Source: Gammaproteobacteria bacterium (GTDB lineage: Bacteria > Pseudomonadota > Gammaproteobacteria > CAJXQU01). Taken from it: 64,000 nt of DNA. The DNA lies in NCBI GenBank assembly GCA_965223825.1, contig OZ245018.1:1171328-1235327 (forward strand), read 5' to 3'. This document shows, piece after piece, positions 37,907 to 48,724 of the stretch. The position numbers were made by a program, and so were the translations under genes. Positions within the stretch are counted from its first letter, which is position 1. Each line of letters starts with the position of its first letter. The notes beneath the pieces were generated by a model, which did not search any database, was not told the DNA's origin, and was given only the letters and a program-made list of their open reading frames with translations.

Positions 37907-39280
37907 ATGTCACAGATAAATGAATCAGTTTCAGTTTGTATTGTGGGTGCCGGCGTTGCAGGGCTTGCGATCGCAAAACAGTTACAAGAACGAAGTGTTA
38001 ACTTTGTTTGTTTTGATGCGCGTGACAAACTTGGTGGGATATGGGCATTTACTGACGATCCAAAATTCACTGCTGCTTGGGGAAGACTCAATCAGAATAC
38101 GCCGAGAGGGCGATACGAATTTTCAGATTATCCGATGCCTGATAGCTATCCTGATTATCCTACCAGAGAGCAAGTTCAAAACTATTTAGAAGATTACGCA
38201 AGTCATTTCAATTTCATCGATAAGATCAAACTTAATACGTGGGTCGTGTCTGCCGAACGTTTGGAAGAGGGTGGATGGATAGTTGAAACTTCAGATCAAA
38301 ATAAGAAATTTTACGATTATTTCATTGTTGCGAACGGACATCACAACAAGCCCAATTACCCCGCCTACGTTGCGGACAATAAATTCTCCGGTGAAACACT
38401 GCATTCCAGTCAATATCGTTTTCGTGAACCCTTTGCAGGTAAGAAGGTGATGGTTGTCGGAATCGGCAATAGTGGATCGCAGATCGCTGTTGATGTAAGT
38501 CACGCTGCGGAACAAACCTTCATCTCAACACGTCGAGGTGTATACATTTTACCGCATTATATTTGCGGTTTACGGTTCGATAAACTTTTCGGTTTTGTTG
38601 AATGGTGGTGGGTACATAAAGTCTTGCCGTGGCCTGTCCTGCATTGGATTTCATCTGTGTATTACGGCTTATTTCTAGCAAAAAATGAAAGTTTTGGAAT
38701 GCCTAAACCTGATCACAAAATGTTTGAGGCGTTGCCAACGTTAAGTGAGAATTTTTTTAATCGTGTCGGTGATGGTCGACTTGTGGTCAAGCCAGAGGTC
38801 GATCGGTTAGATGGTAATACGGCCTATTACAAAGATGGTACATCTGAAGAGCTTGACGCGATCATATATAGCACTGGTTTTGATCTGGATTTTCCTTTCT
38901 TTAAAGACGAGACATTGAAACTTCAAGAAAACCGCGTTCCTTTGTTTAAACGCATATTTTCAACTCAGTATCCCGATGTGTGTTTTATCGGTTTATTTCA
39001 AGCGGTGACATTTGGCTTTTTACACATGATGGAGCATCAGTCAAAACTGGTTGCGGAATACATCATCGGTAATTACACCTTGCCATCACAATCAGACATG
39101 TTGCAAGACATCGCTAAAGAGAAAAAACATATCGAAAAAACCTTCACGAAAGTACTGAGAAATAATTATCAGATGATGGGCTCTGTCTATGTACATGATG
39201 TTAAATGCGAAATGAAAAAAGGTATCGCAAGAACCGGGAAAAAACAGGAAGACGTTATGGCCGTTAGATCAGCCGTTTGA
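37907..39280 (+). CDS. Flavin-containing monooxygenase (class B, FMO/BVMO type)
   Basis: GAGVAG, GGIW, FSGETLHSSQY (FxGxxxHxxxY), GIGNSG, STG. Confidence 0.92.
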   Translation: MSQINESVSVCIVGAGVAGLAIAKQLQERSVNFVCFDARDKLGGIWAFTDDPKFTAAWGRLNQNTPRGRYEFSDYPMPDSYPDYPTREQVQNYLEDYASHFNFIDKIKLNTWVVSAERLEEGGWIVETSDQNKKFYDYFIVANGHHNKPNYPAYVADNKFSGETLHSSQYRFREPFAGKKVMVVGIGNSGSQIAVDVSHAAEQTFISTRRGVYILPHYICGLRFDKLFGFVEWWWVHKVLPWPVLHWISSVYYGLFLAKNESFGMPKPDHKMFEALPTLSENFFNRVGDGRLVVKPEVDRLDGNTAYYKDGTSEELDAIIYSTGFDLDFPFFKDETLKLQENRVPLFKRIFSTQYPDVCFIGLFQAVTFGFLHMMEHQSKLVAEYIIGNYTLPSQSDMLQDIAKEKKHIEKTFTKVLRNNYQMMGSVYVHDVKCEMKKGIARTGKKQEDVMAVRSAV

Positions 39281-39340
39281 TTTATTAGATCAGGGATATG
39301 TTCACTCAATTATTAAAATTATGGACAAAAGGCTAAATAA

Positions 39341-40066
39341 ATGATCATTGAAGATGCGGTGGTATTAATAACAGGCGCAGGTCGAGGGCTAGGCTTGGCA
39401 CTGGTGAGAGCATTGTTCAATAAATCGCCTCGATATATTTATGCAGCTATCCGTAATCAGGAGCAGCTTGATGATCTCATTGCTGATTACGGAGATATTG
39501 TAATACCAGTCAGTATGGATGTTACGGATACAGAGTCTATTAATCGTGTAGCAGATCTTGCGCAAGATGTGACCCTGTTAATCAATAATGCTGGCGTCAT
39601 TTCTGAAGGCGATTTGTTTCAAGCAGAACTTGACAATATTCAACGTGAAATGGATGTAAATTATTTCGGAACATTAAATGTCATTCGACGTTTTACTCCG
39701 ATTATAGAAGCCAATGGTGGTGGGGCGGTAATCAATATTTTATCCATCTCTGCACTTGCAAGCGTGCCTGGCATTGGTGGGTATAGCGCATCTAAAGCGG
39801 CTTCTCAATCTCTAACACAATCTATTCGTTATTTATTACAGGATAAATCAATCACTGTGCATGGTGTTTTTCCGGGCCCTATTGATACTGATATGACACG
39901 GGATATGGATGTACGAAAAGCCACATCCGATGATGTCGCCCAGGCGATTGTTGAGCAAGTTGAGCAAGGTGAAGAAGACATCTTTCCTGATGAAATGTCT
40001 CGTCAAGGTGGGCTTTGTTGGCGAAGTGATCCAAAAGTTCTCGAACGTCAATTAGCGATGAGTTGA
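39341..40066 (+). CDS. Short-chain dehydrogenase/reductase
   Basis: TGAGRGLG, NNAG, YSASK. Confidence 0.93.
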   Translation: MIIEDAVVLITGAGRGLGLALVRALFNKSPRYIYAAIRNQEQLDDLIADYGDIVIPVSMDVTDTESINRVADLAQDVTLLINNAGVISEGDLFQAELDNIQREMDVNYFGTLNVIRRFTPIIEANGGGAVINILSISALASVPGIGGYSASKAASQSLTQSIRYLLQDKSITVHGVFPGPIDTDMTRDMDVRKATSDDVAQAIVEQVEQGEEDIFPDEMSRQGGLCWRSDPKVLERQLAMS

Positions 40067-40087
40067 TGGCAATGTTGAATCGAATTA

Positions 40088-43000
40088 ATGGTGGCGCTAA
40101 TGAATGATCAAAATATGCATATGGATAACCTATCACTAGATCAACTCAATCAGTTTACCCTGGCGTTACTAAGAGACGTGACAGGGCTCGGCGAAGATGA
40201 TCTGCGAACTACAACGACGTTTGAAGAGATTAACCTGGAATCTTTAGCGATCACCGCGTTTGTTTCTCGTCTAGCACCGTATTTTAAAGGTTTATCAAAA
40301 ACATTTATTTTTGATTGTCGAAATATCGTGGATGTTAGTCATTACTTGATCAAGAAGCATCCTGAGTCTGTTAAGAATATTAATAATCAAAAAAGCAAAC
40401 AGAGAGAAGCGGAGGAGATAATATCCGAGCAGGGGGGGGTAACTTCTCAAAATGAAGTCGAACACGATTCTGAATGGCCAGAAATCATTCCTCTACATCA
40501 GCTTACGCAACAACAATCAAAAGATGCGATAGCCATCATTGGGATGGATGGACGCTTTCCCGGCGCGGGTTCACTAACCCAATTCTGGGAAAATCTCAGC
40601 AATGCAGAACACGCCATAACAGAAATTCCGTCTGATCGTTGGTCACTTGACGGTTTTTATGAAGAGGGTACGGAATCACGTCGTTCAGGTTTGAGTTATG
40701 CAAAATGGGGTGGTTTTATAACCGATGTTGATAAATTCGACCCACAGTTTTTTGGAATATCTGCGCGAGAAGCAGCGCAAATGGATCCACAAGAGCGATT
40801 GTTTTTAGAAACGGCATGGCACGCAATGGAGAATGCATCGCTGCTGGGTGAGCGAGCTGATAACTTATTACAAGATCGAAGTTATAACATAGGTGTTTTT
40901 GTCGGGCTCACGACCAATACATATAATTTATTGACGTCTGATAACTGGCGAAATGGTGGAAAAGATATTCCAGCTTCTGTGCCTTGGTCCGCAGCCAATC
41001 GTGTTTCATTTGCGCTCAATTTAAACGGCCCGAGTGTCGCAGTCGATACTGCATGCTCTTCCTCTTTGGTTGCATTTCACCAAGCTTGTGAAAGTATTCG
41101 TAACGGTGAGTGTAAAGCAGCGATTACTGGCGGGGTCAATCTTTACTTGCACCCTGCAAAATATATACAACTTTGTCAGTTACAAATGTTATCGCCAACA
41201 GGGCGTTGTCATACTTATGGTAAAAATGCTGATGGGTTTGTACCTGGTGAAGGTGTTGCTGCTGTAGTTCTTAAACCCCTTAGTCAGGCACAAAAAGATG
41301 GCGATCGTGTTTTAGGGGTAGTGCGTGGAACATCGGTAAACCATAGTGGAAGAACAAATGGCTACACCGTCCCGAATGCACAGTCACAAGCACAGTTAAT
41401 AGAATCAGCGCTTAAACCATTTGATCTAGAACCGTCCAGCATTAATTTTATTGAAGCTCATGGGACGGGAACAAAGTTGGGAGATCCCATCGAGTTTACG
41501 GGATTGACCGAAACACTTGCAGGAGAAACTTCAACAGCTCCCTGTGCGATCGCATCAGTAAAATCGAATATCGGACATCTTGAATCAGCGGCTGGGATCG
41601 CCGGTATTCTCAAAGTGTTGTTACAACTACAGAAAAATAAAATTGCACCGTCTCTTGGCTCGAGTGAATTAAATCCTGCACTAGAATTGACGGGCACTCG
41701 TTTCTTCGTTCCTCAAGCAATGACAGATTGGTTGCCTGATCCTGATACGGGTTTGCGACGAGCCGGGGTTAGTTCTTTTGGTGCTGGTGGTACCAATGGA
41801 CATGTCATTATTGAACAGCCTCCTTCAATCGAAAGTCCATCGGAAAATATCAGTGGACATTCTAGTGTTATAACAGAACATGTATTTCCGGTTTCAGCGC
41901 GATCACAAAAACAACTTGATCAACTAATTACAAAACTTGTTGATGATATAACTTCTGATCAGAAATTTAATAACGATAGTAATGCATTCACATCATTGGC
42001 ATACGTACTACAATGTGGTCGGCAACATCACGCTTATCGTTTTATCTGTGTTGCTGATTCAGTTAACAGTTTAGTCAATAAATGTAAAACGTATCTACAA
42101 AAAGATCCGTCTCAGTCTCTAATATCAGATGACATCTATTTTAGTCATGTACGTTCTGATGAAGAAACCCCCATGCAGTCACTGTCTGTTGATGCAAAAA
42201 CACAAGCGCAACAATGGAGTGAAGGTGTACAAGTTAAGTGGTCGACATTGTGGACTGAAAAACCGGTCTTGATCGAGCTTCCTTTATATCCGTTTGCACG
42301 TGAGCGTCATTGGATAAACAGCGGGCCAGAAACAATCACCATGCCGGCTAACGTGACACAGTCGATTTCATCCAATCAAAAGATCACCTTTACATTCACC
42401 GGTGATGAATACTTCTTGCGCGATCACCAAATTGATGGAACGCCTATATTCCCTGCAGCGGCTTATCTAGATTATTTTTATAAAGCCCTTGAGCCGTATA
42501 GCCTCGGAGAAGAGCTGACATTTAAAAATATTACTTGGGCAAATCCATTTCGGCCAGGTGAAATGGATGCATCAGCAATGACAAGTCAGGTCAAAAAAGA
42601 GAAAAGTGATTATGCGCTGGAATTCACTTCAAGCAACCAAGATAAAATCTATTGTAGAGCACGTTGCGCAACTCAAGGTCTTAAAAAAGAAAATGCCGTT
42701 AAAAAATTAACTGAAATAAAAAGTCGATGTACAAACGAAGTATTAGTCTCTGCAAGTTACAACGCTTTTGATTCACTTGAGATGTGCTATGGACCAAGTT
42801 TCCGAGGAATGCAGTCAGCTTGGGTAAGTCCTGATAAAACAGAGGCGCTAGTAGACGTTGTTAACAAAGTGAATTTCAATTCATTAGATTCAGTGCCCGT
42901 CATCGAAGCTGGCATGCTCGATAGTATTTTCCAAAGTAGCTTTGTTTTATCGCGTGCAGTAAGTCCAGATGTGACACACCAGTTTATTCCATACAGTGTT

Positions 43001-46000
43001 AAATCCATTTACGTTAAGCAGCGATTGCCAGAGAAAGTATCAGTTTATGTTCGTGAGAGACGCCAACAAAATGGTAACTGGCGTGTATTTGATTTTAGTG
43101 TTTTCGATCAAAGCGGTGAGCTACTCATTAAAATCGAAGAATTCAGTTTCCGCACTATCGCTCGTTCTATCCAGAACGTAAATAAGGAGAATGATAATGT
43201 CCATTCTCTTTATCAATATGAACCTTACTGGGAACGTTACCAAGTTCATACTGTTCGCCATTCTATTACGAATGGAAAGATTGTTTTATTCGATAACAAT
43301 GATCGATCATTTCAACAACTCCAAGCTTTAAACGAAATTAATAAAGATGCTGTCTGGCAAGTTATTTCTGCAGATCACTTCTTAATTCGAGATGACAATA
43401 CGGTTGAGATGGACTGTAACGAAAACGCGCATTTAGATTTGTTGTGGCGTATGTTTATTACCGAAGGTGGCTTACCAGAAACCTTGCTGTTCAATATCCA
43501 TAATGACGATGAAGATGATCTTAACGAGACAGAATGGGAGAGTTCGGTCGGGTTAAGACAAGTAAAAAACATTATCGAAATTATTCGAAGTTATTGTCAG
43601 AAAACACAATCGCCACGTGTTCATGCTCATATCAATTTTCAACGTAGTGCCAGCGATAATACCTTTCCCCTGGGTATTTCAATCGCTGGTTATCTACGTG
43701 CTTTACATGAAGAAATGCCGAATGTTACGGCGAATATTATTCACACAAAAACAAGATCATCAGAACATCAAAACTTTCCAAATTGGTTAGAAGCAGCATT
43801 TCAAATAGATCGATCAGCTGTTCAAGAATTTAGCTGGAATAACGGAAATCTTGAATTAAAAAAACTCAAGTTAAGGGAGGACACGCCACACGCCTCTTTG
43901 CACGATCATTCGCAACCCATCGCAAACGACGTGATAGTGATTACTGGCGGATCAGGTGCTGTAGCCAGTGCAATAGCCGAGAGCTTTCAACGAACACCAG
44001 GAATACGTTTAGCTCTGATCGGACGTTCATCAGAGAACAATACTATTCAATCGTATATTCAACGTTTACGAAATAAGGGTATCTCAGCGAAATATTGGCA
44101 AGCAGATTGTTCCGATCGCAATAATCTTGCCGAAACACTCGACCGAATCAGAACGCATTTTGGTGCGATCTCTGGCGTTTTCCACTTTGCCGGTATTTTG
44201 AAAGATGCATTTTTTCTACGTCAAGACAGTTCTGACTGGAACGATGTACTTAGAGCAAAAGTTCTCGGTACACACTGGCTAGATGAGCTTACAAAAAATG
44301 ATCCTGTTAAATGGTTTGTTGTGAGTTCAGGTTTAGCTGGCGTTCGTGGTAACGCGGGACAGAGCCTTTATGGACTTGCCAATGCTTGGTTAAACGCTTT
44401 TGTAGAAAAACGACAATTAAACCTTGTCACGTCACATCGTCGTGGGAAAACACTCTCTATTGCTTGGTCTCTTTGGGATACGGAAACTGGAATGAAGCCG
44501 CCACAAAGCATGATCGATCGTTATGCTAAGAAAGGCTTGACACCAATTGATTTAGAGGAAGGGGTAGAGCTTTTCCATACAGTACTTCAATCAAACGACC
44601 TTGTCGTTATACCGGTTAAAGGACAGCGTAGTGCTATTAATGCATTTATTGGCATTAACGGAGCAACGAATACGACGTTAAAAGTACTGGGGAATGAAGT
44701 ATCCGAAAATGAAGCGAAAGATAATTTACTATTAGAAAATACAGAAGTAGACAATAAGATATCAAACATAACTGAATTGCATTTATTGCAAACACAGAAC
44801 GATCAAACTCCAAACTGTCAATGTGCAGTAAATGAGGCTGATCAACATTCTTTATTAATAGATTATCTTGCTGAAAAGCTCTCACAGGTGACGGGGACAC
44901 CAGTAGATAAAATCGATGCTGATGTTTCTTTAGAAGCATTTGGCTTGGATTCAATTCTTGTTATGGAGTTGAACGATCAGCTTGAGCAAGATTTCAGTCA
45001 AATGTCGAAAACGGTTCTTTTTGAAGCAAGAAACTTACGACTTCTAGCTGATTTGTTGATGGATGAACATCCAGAAGATGTTGAAAATTTAACACATCAA
45101 AGAATATCAATTACAGAATCTCAAGCATTTAAAACAGAAGGTTCAACTAATAACGCGATTGAAATTCAAACCAGTTCTGTTGATATTGAAACTCATCACT
45201 CATCTGAAGAAAAGTCTGAGCAGGTTTTTAACGAGTCAGATACTAACCCCAAAAACTTAACGCAAGATACCTTCGATCTTGATCGTCAAAAGAAGGCAAC
45301 AAACCGTGGTGATCAGATTGCGATTATTGGAATCTCAGGTCGTTATCCAGGCGCATCAAACCTTGATGAGTTATGGGAACACCTTTCGTCAGGACATGAT
45401 CTTGTAAGTGAAATTCCCGGTCGTTGGACGCTTGATAACAATCAGAATCAGTTCGGTTCTGAACCCATGTATGCAAAATGGGGAGGTTTTGTTGCTGATT
45501 ATGACTGTTTTGATCCATTGTTCTTTGGTATTTCACCGCGTGATGCTGAACGGATGGATCCGCAAGAACGGCTCTTTCTACAAACGGCTTGGCATACATT
45601 AGAAGATGCAGGTTATACACCTGAGAGTCTTTCTGGTTCACGTGATGATCAACACCTTCGCCGACGTGTCGGTGTCATTGTCGGTGTGATGTATGGCGAG
45701 TATCAGTTGTACAGTGCATCGGGTCAACCGGGCGATACACTGACGAATTCCTCGTATGCATCGATCGCAAATCGTGTTTCCTATTGCTTGGATTTTGACG
45801 GGCCTTCTTTTGCAATCGACAGCATGTGTTCCTCATCGTTGACAAGTATTAGTCTGGCTTGTGATCAACTGCGTAGCGGTCGTAGTGATGCTGTAATCGC
45901 TGGTGGGGTCAATCTTTCCATTCATCCGCACAAATACCGCATGTTATGTGAGCTAAATTTCGCGTCTACTGACGGACGCTGTCGAAGTTTTGGTGACGGT

Positions 46001-47338
46001 GGTGATGGTTATGTTCCTGGTGAAGGTGTTGGTGCCGTATTATTAAAACGTCTCGAAGATGCTGTGAATGATCGCGATCATGTCTATGCGGTAATCCAAG
46101 GAACCGACATCGGACATGGGGCTAAAACCTCAGGTTATACTGTACCAAATGCAGAAGCACAGACGGACGTAATTCGACGTGCATTTGAACGATCAGGTGT
46201 CAATCCTGCACGCTTAAGCTATGTCGAAGCGCACGGCACCGGCACGAGTTTGGGTGATCCGATTGAAGTTCGTGGTCTCACCAAAGCACTCGCGAAACAA
46301 TTTACAGCAGAACAAATCTGTCCCGTCGGATCGATTAAATCTAATATCGGCCATCTTGAGTCGGCCGCTGGAATTGCTGCTTTAAGCAAAGTGTTGTTAC
46401 AGTTACAACATAATAAAATCGCACCTTCTATTCATTCCGATCAGTTAAATAAAAATATAGACTTTTCTAAAACCCCATTTTATGTACAGCGTGATCTAGT
46501 TGAATGGAAAAGCCAAGATCAACAACCACGGGTTGCAGCAATTAGCTCATTTGGTGCAGGCGGGTCTAATGCACATTTAGTGATCGAAGAGTTCATTCCT
46601 AATGAAGTGCAGACCCAAGTACATGAGCCTGATCCGGTAGACAAACAGGCTTGTATATTCTCGGCGAAAACACATTCTCAATTAGCTGAAATGCTACAAC
46701 GATTTGTTGCGTTACTCGATCGAGAAATGCAAGTCGATCCGGATGGCGTGTCACGTCATTTCATGAATTCAAAATACACTTTATCTGATGTGGCTATGAC
46801 TTTAATCAAAGGCCGACGCATGATGAAAACGCGATTAGCATTTACGGTCAGAAATTTCACTGAATTACATGAAGCCATAAATCGTTTTCTTATGATCACG
46901 AATAAGAATGAGGGCAATAAAAAAGTAAAGGATTCATTCAATGAAATGGCCTCACAGAATATTTTTTATGGTGATGTTGAAGCGAAGCTACATACAGGGC
47001 AGTTCGATCAAAAACAACGTGCAGAGCCAGTAGAAATCTTTGCCCAAGATTGGGTGGCTGGGGTTAACAATACAAGTGTATTCAATGACGAAAAATTATG
47101 GCGAAAGGTCTCTTTGCCAGGATACACCTTTCTTCGAAATCGTTATTGGGTGAATGAAGGACAAGATGATATATCACGTGGAAATAATGTGATTGAAAAT
47201 ACGACTCATGATCAAGAAAAAGTGGTCTCACTCTCACCAAAAGTAATCTTGGATAAAGTTTCACGAGGTGAAATGAAACATGAAGAAGCGCGAGAGTATT
47301 TACTTGCATTGAGTCATGGCGGCAATGCCGGTCAGTAG
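40088..47338 (+). CDS. trans-AT type I PKS: ACP-KS-DH-KR-ACP-KS
   Basis: ACP NLESL; KS1 DTACSSS/HGTGT/GHLE; DH HQIDGTPIFP and DSIFQ; KR GGSGAVA/LKD/YGLAN; ACP GLDSI; KS2 DSMCSSS/HGTGT/GHLE; no AT domain; start may be 40100. Confidence 0.93.
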   Translation: MVALMNDQNMHMDNLSLDQLNQFTLALLRDVTGLGEDDLRTTTTFEEINLESLAITAFVSRLAPYFKGLSKTFIFDCRNIVDVSHYLIKKHPESVKNINNQKSKQREAEEIISEQGGVTSQNEVEHDSEWPEIIPLHQLTQQQSKDAIAIIGMDGRFPGAGSLTQFWENLSNAEHAITEIPSDRWSLDGFYEEGTESRRSGLSYAKWGGFITDVDKFDPQFFGISAREAAQMDPQERLFLETAWHAMENASLLGERADNLLQDRSYNIGVFVGLTTNTYNLLTSDNWRNGGKDIPASVPWSAANRVSFALNLNGPSVAVDTACSSSLVAFHQACESIRNGECKAAITGGVNLYLHPAKYIQLCQLQMLSPTGRCHTYGKNADGFVPGEGVAAVVLKPLSQAQKDGDRVLGVVRGTSVNHSGRTNGYTVPNAQSQAQLIESALKPFDLEPSSINFIEAHGTGTKLGDPIEFTGLTETLAGETSTAPCAIASVKSNIGHLESAAGIAGILKVLLQLQKNKIAPSLGSSELNPALELTGTRFFVPQAMTDWLPDPDTGLRRAGVSSFGAGGTNGHVIIEQPPSIESPSENISGHSSVITEHVFPVSARSQKQLDQLITKLVDDITSDQKFNNDSNAFTSLAYVLQCGRQHHAYRFICVADSVNSLVNKCKTYLQKDPSQSLISDDIYFSHVRSDEETPMQSLSVDAKTQAQQWSEGVQVKWSTLWTEKPVLIELPLYPFARERHWINSGPETITMPANVTQSISSNQKITFTFTGDEYFLRDHQIDGTPIFPAAAYLDYFYKALEPYSLGEELTFKNITWANPFRPGEMDASAMTSQVKKEKSDYALEFTSSNQDKIYCRARCATQGLKKENAVKKLTEIKSRCTNEVLVSASYNAFDSLEMCYGPSFRGMQSAWVSPDKTEALVDVVNKVNFNSLDSVPVIEAGMLDSIFQSSFVLSRAVSPDVTHQFIPYSVKSIYVKQRLPEKVSVYVRERRQQNGNWRVFDFSVFDQSGELLIKIEEFSFRTIARSIQNVNKENDNVHSLYQYEPYWERYQVHTVRHSITNGKIVLFDNNDRSFQQLQALNEINKDAVWQVISADHFLIRDDNTVEMDCNENAHLDLLWRMFITEGGLPETLLFNIHNDDEDDLNETEWESSVGLRQVKNIIEIIRSYCQKTQSPRVHAHINFQRSASDNTFPLGISIAGYLRALHEEMPNVTANIIHTKTRSSEHQNFPNWLEAAFQIDRSAVQEFSWNNGNLELKKLKLREDTPHASLHDHSQPIANDVIVITGGSGAVASAIAESFQRTPGIRLALIGRSSENNTIQSYIQRLRNKGISAKYWQADCSDRNNLAETLDRIRTHFGAISGVFHFAGILKDAFFLRQDSSDWNDVLRAKVLGTHWLDELTKNDPVKWFVVSSGLAGVRGNAGQSLYGLANAWLNAFVEKRQLNLVTSHRRGKTLSIAWSLWDTETGMKPPQSMIDRYAKKGLTPIDLEEGVELFHTVLQSNDLVVIPVKGQRSAINAFIGINGATNTTLKVLGNEVSENEAKDNLLLENTEVDNKISNITELHLLQTQNDQTPNCQCAVNEADQHSLLIDYLAEKLSQVTGTPVDKIDADVSLEAFGLDSILVMELNDQLEQDFSQMSKTVLFEARNLRLLADLLMDEHPEDVENLTHQRISITESQAFKTEGSTNNAIEIQTSSVDIETHHSSEEKSEQVFNESDTNPKNLTQDTFDLDRQKKATNRGDQIAIIGISGRYPGASNLDELWEHLSSGHDLVSEIPGRWTLDNNQNQFGSEPMYAKWGGFVADYDCFDPLFFGISPRDAERMDPQERLFLQTAWHTLEDAGYTPESLSGSRDDQHLRRRVGVIVGVMYGEYQLYSASGQPGDTLTNSSYASIANRVSYCLDFDGPSFAIDSMCSSSLTSISLACDQLRSGRSDAVIAGGVNLSIHPHKYRMLCELNFASTDGRCRSFGDGGDGYVPGEGVGAVLLKRLEDAVNDRDHVYAVIQGTDIGHGAKTSGYTVPNAEAQTDVIRRAFERSGVNPARLSYVEAHGTGTSLGDPIEVRGLTKALAKQFTAEQICPVGSIKSNIGHLESAAGIAALSKVLLQLQHNKIAPSIHSDQLNKNIDFSKTPFYVQRDLVEWKSQDQQPRVAAISSFGAGGSNAHLVIEEFIPNEVQTQVHEPDPVDKQACIFSAKTHSQLAEMLQRFVALLDREMQVDPDGVSRHFMNSKYTLSDVAMTLIKGRRMMKTRLAFTVRNFTELHEAINRFLMITNKNEGNKKVKDSFNEMASQNIFYGDVEAKLHTGQFDQKQRAEPVEIFAQDWVAGVNNTSVFNDEKLWRKVSLPGYTFLRNRYWVNEGQDDISRGNNVIENTTHDQEKVVSLSPKVILDKVSRGEMKHEEAREYLLALSHGGNAGQ

Positions 47339-47376
47339 AGATCACCATGTAATTTAGTAAGTTATTGAGGATACAG

Positions 47377-48723
47377 ATGAACAGTAAATTAGTTGGTGTA
47401 ATTGGTGGTGGTGCTTGCGGATTAGGTATCGGCAAAGCATTACGTCAAGCAGGAATTGACTTCGAGATCATTGAGGCCAGTTCACGATTGGGCGGCAATT
47501 GGCAACCTGATGGTCCAGCTTCAAAAATGTATGCATCAGCTCATTTAATCAGTTCACGAAATAATACGCAGTTCACTGATTACAAAATGCCGTTGACCTA
47601 TCCAGCTTACCCCAATCACACACTCTTTTTTGAATACCTGCAAAACTTGGCAAGTGATTTTAATCTTCATGCTGCTGCGCGTTTAAACACGACCGTAACA
47701 AACATGCAAAAAACAGAGGCAGGTTGGCAACTGACTTTTCAAGATGGTACGAGTCAAGACTATGCCTTTGTTGTGGTCGCCAATGGTTTGTTGAGAAAAC
47801 CAATATTTCCAACCGTTTATTCAGATTATAAAGGTGAAAGTCTGCATTCAAGTGAATATAAAAATTCTGATATTTTTAAAGACAAACGTGTGCTGATCGT
47901 CGGTGCTGGAAATTCTGGTTGTGATATTGCCGTGGATGCGACGCATACGGCAAAAAAGGTTTTTCATTCTACGCGTCGTGGTTACCACTATATGCCAAAG
48001 TTCATTAATGGCTTACCGACACAAGAGTGGTTAATGGCACAAGCACCCAACTTTACAGATTCCGATGCCTATTGGGAGCACGTCCAGGCAACATTTAAGA
48101 TGGCTGGTTTTGATGGACAGGATTACGGCTTGCCCGAACCGGATCACAAAATATCCGAATGTCATCCAATCATGAATTCGCAAATACTTTATTACATTGG
48201 CCATGGGGATATTACTCCCAAGCGTGATGTTGAAAAGTGCATCGGTCGAGATGTGTATTTCAAAGACGGTGGAAAAGAAGAGATAGATTTGATCGTTTGG
48301 GCTTCAGGTTATCGAGTTGATCTTCCTTTCTTATCAACGGATCTTTTTGATTGGCAGCAGGAATTGTCCAGCTTGTTTTTACGTATGGTGCCGAAAAATT
48401 TTGATGATGTTCTTTTTGTAGGTTACCTCAATACACCCTCGGGAATAGGGAATATTGTGAATATCCTTAGTCGTTTTGTCGTGTCGTATTTAAATGCTAA
48501 ATCGCAACAATCAGCAGCATGGCACACCTTCCAAGAGATGAAGCTTTATTCGAATAGTCTTGACCTTGGTCAAGATCGTTTTATGAAAACTGACAGACAT
48601 AGTTATGAAGTCGATCTTTGGAAATACATCAAGTCGATAAATTTTATAACAAGTAAATTAAACCAAACTGACGCTGTTGATAACATCCAGATCAGCAATA
48701 CAAATTTACAGTACGGAGCTTAA
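47377..48723 (+). CDS. Flavin monooxygenase, probable PKS-associated Baeyer-Villiger oxygenase
   Basis: GGGACG, GGNW, SAHLISS, YKGESLHSSEY, GAGNSGCDIAVD, RRGYHYMPKFING; lies between a terminal KS and an N-terminal ACP. Confidence 0.88.
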   Translation: MNSKLVGVIGGGACGLGIGKALRQAGIDFEIIEASSRLGGNWQPDGPASKMYASAHLISSRNNTQFTDYKMPLTYPAYPNHTLFFEYLQNLASDFNLHAAARLNTTVTNMQKTEAGWQLTFQDGTSQDYAFVVVANGLLRKPIFPTVYSDYKGESLHSSEYKNSDIFKDKRVLIVGAGNSGCDIAVDATHTAKKVFHSTRRGYHYMPKFINGLPTQEWLMAQAPNFTDSDAYWEHVQATFKMAGFDGQDYGLPEPDHKISECHPIMNSQILYYIGHGDITPKRDVEKCIGRDVYFKDGGKEEIDLIVWASGYRVDLPFLSTDLFDWQQELSSLFLRMVPKNFDDVLFVGYLNTPSGIGNIVNILSRFVVSYLNAKSQQSAAWHTFQEMKLYSNSLDLGQDRFMKTDRHSYEVDLWKYIKSINFITSKLNQTDAVDNIQISNTNLQYGA

Positions 48724-48724
48724 T

